DNA of 64,000 nucleotides. Source: Eledone cirrhosa (lineage: Eukaryota). A program made the translations under genes and the position numbers. Below, one piece after another: positions 61,520-64,000 of this stretch; position 1 is the first letter of the stretch; every line of letters begins with the position of its first letter. The notes below the pieces were generated by a model. It saw nothing but the letters and a program-made list of their open reading frames with translations, had not been told where the DNA came from and did not search any database. The stretch lies in NCBI GenBank assembly GCA_964016885.1, contig OZ024741.1, forward strand, positions 43,896,001 through 43,960,000, written 5' to 3'.

Positions 61520-61870
61520 ATGGCTGAGCAGCTTAATTTGCATACCGTTAATATGCATAAGGAAAGTATATAATTTCAGACGTTCAATCATCTGGCAGGA
61601 AGGTATACGTTGCTGACGATAGCTAATAAGCTTGAACCTAGTACAGCGTTCCTTTGTCATTGTTGAACAAATGAGCAACGATGGTTGCTAGACACTGTAC
61701 GGCTTAATTCGGGATGTTTGTTTACAAACACACCGAGCATTATAATAAATGTTCGGTGAATCCATACGAACATATATATATATATATATGTATGCATGTA
61801 TGTATATATATATATACATACTACTGTACGTCTGTATACATATATGTATGTACGTATACATACTTATATA
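61520..61870 (+). repeat. Single diverged unit of the hammerhead repeat (HHR 61607-61649, GAAA changed to GAAC)
   Basis: ACGTTG-CTGACGA-TAGCTAATAAGCTT-GAAC-CTAG-TA-CAGCGT plus flanking unit homology. Confidence 0.85.
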
Positions 61871-61925
61871 TATATATATATACATTATACATATATATAT
61901 ATACACCCACACACCTCACACACCT

Positions 61926-62006
<81 letters not shown>

Positions 62007-62933
62007 TTGTGCGTATTCGAGTAAGCAGGAAGGAAGTCAGAGTTGTACCATAAATGAAATTTGTTGCATCTGACAATTGTTTTGATATCAATCCTTTCGC
62101 GGTTCAATCATAACGTTTAAAGTGGAAGAACACCTAATTGTACCAATATTTACAGACATATCTACTACGTGAACATTTCCAGCTGGTGTTTTCTGCTTTG
62201 CAAAATACAAATGAGTATCGCCAGTAAGTGATCACACGCAAAAGTCTATACAGGCTATAGTCTATTTGATGCTAGTACCTTTTGAGTGAGTGTCACTGAT
62301 GAAAGTTATATAGATTTTGAAGCACTGCGCTGCCTTACATGCTCAGAACATATAAACTCGCTGATAATAAGAAAAATAATATGTTTCTCATTTCCTTATG
62401 TTATTAAAAAATAATTTTCCTCGACATTGCGACTACCCATATTTTTATTGTACATAAACGTATTATATATATTTTCACATACACCTCACTCTATCTCTCT
62501 CTCTCTCTCTCTCTCTCCACACTCACACATATCTATATATGTAATCTATGTTTATTCTTGTATTTTAAATTTTAATGGTTATTGGCTATGTCGTGCATAG
62601 ACTTATATGTCTGCTTGTTGCATACTTATATACTTGCATTCGCTCACGTATGTAAATACCGCAATTTGGTATTTCATATTTTCTAAACTTCTACTGATTT
62701 CAGTCATAGCCTACGGTCATGCTTGGGCAAATCTTAAATTCATTTAGTAGATCCTATAACCCCCGAGGAGATATATTGTCAAGTCAGTTACGTATTTTAT
62801 CAATAGTTTTTGATATGTCCGCTAGTAAACACAGACACACACTCAAAAACCAACACCTACAAAAAGGAACACGTGTACTCATACATACATACATACACAC
62901 ACTCACACATAAATATATATATATACATACATA

Positions 62934-63003
<70 letters not shown>

Positions 63004-63342
63004 TATATAGTTAGAAAGTTTAGGTGATAATGTGCAGAAGTATATTTAAAAATTACTTTTTCTTTAATCCGAAAGAGTCACAAATTTTCTGTGTTGCATT
63101 AAATGTTACCCGTTTTGATTGGTATAAAAATCTCATTAAATATTTTAAAAACATTTATTTCGTGTATTGTGTGAGCAGGTCAAATATATATGAGTTTTCA
63201 GTCAAAATTACTTCTTATGTATATATTCTTTACGGAGATAAAATTGTGAAGCTGAAGGTGGGGTTAAACAGGTCAAGAATTCAATTGAATTTGTTTAGTT
63301 AAATATACAAAATGTTCCGACCATTTTATGTCTCTCCTTTTT

Positions 63343-63580
63343 TTCTGTCCTACACCATCTTCTACTTGATGGTGTAGGACAGAACAATGGCTATAGACAA
63401 AATAAAACCCAGCCACTTAGGATGTCACACAATGTGTGACAAAAGGGCTCTGACAATACATAAACAACCAGCCGGTTATCGAACCAACAACCCAACCGGA
63501 AATTTATAATACATTGAAGTGAAAACGAACAGAAGCGTGTGATTTTATAGGCAGCATGAACTTTCCCAAAGTATAACAAC
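63343..63580 (+). mobile_element. Old solo pLTR of family 1 with a short inverted 5' duplication
   Basis: Homologous to 9031-9290 (ATGGTGTAGGACAGAA..GTCACAC..GTGTGAC..CCCAAAGTATAACAA). Hairpin TTCTGTCCTACACCATC/GATGGTGTAGGACAGAA. Confidence 0.7.
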
Positions 63581-63596
63581 ACACAAACACACACGT

Positions 63597-63675
<79 letters not shown>

Positions 63676-63684
63676 TATAAATAC

Positions 63685-63759
<75 letters not shown>

Positions 63760-63766
63760 TAAAAAC

Positions 63767-63806
<40 letters not shown>

Positions 63807-64000
63807 GAGATATACTTTAACTTTAATTATATCTCATAAAATAATACAACTGGTTTTTCCACATTATACATATTGTTAGCACCCCAAACACTTAAATTGG
63901 GTTTATATTTTAATATAACCTAATGTTTGTTGAGTGAGATGGTTACCAGTCAGAGTTTAGCTTTAAACTATCTCTGTTATTGTATTAAATATATATATAT

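Overview
This window looks like eukaryotic, repeat-dominated DNA. The abundant (TA)n/(CA)n/(TAA)n tracts and tRNA-derived SINEs suggest a cephalopod such as Octopus (inference). I can support no host protein-coding gene; most short ORFs are microsatellite or antisense artefacts. Main contents: (1) at least five decayed Penelope-like element (PLE) copies plus solo or inverted pseudo-LTRs, mostly in (TA)n, many carrying minimal type-I hammerhead ribozyme (HHR) motifs of about 7 distinct designs. (2) A non-coding 468-bp tandem repeat (17.3-21.3 kb, diverged copies at 57 kb and 61.5 kb) with one HHR per unit. Its array ends and inversion breakpoint fall at the predicted self-cleavage site, and each unit carries its own (TA)n insertion target, so it is a candidate retrozyme / circular-RNA mobile system. 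(3) A ~28-kb pile-up (22.6-51 kb) of (TAA)n-associated LINEs: three full-length and one truncated Tx1-like (L1 clade) elements on the minus strand, and three R4/Dong-like restriction-like-endonuclease elements on the plus strand. (4) SINEs, a foldback element and an RTE-like RT fragment. All ribozyme calls are by-eye motif and pairing matches, not demonstrated activity. Element boundaries are approximate.
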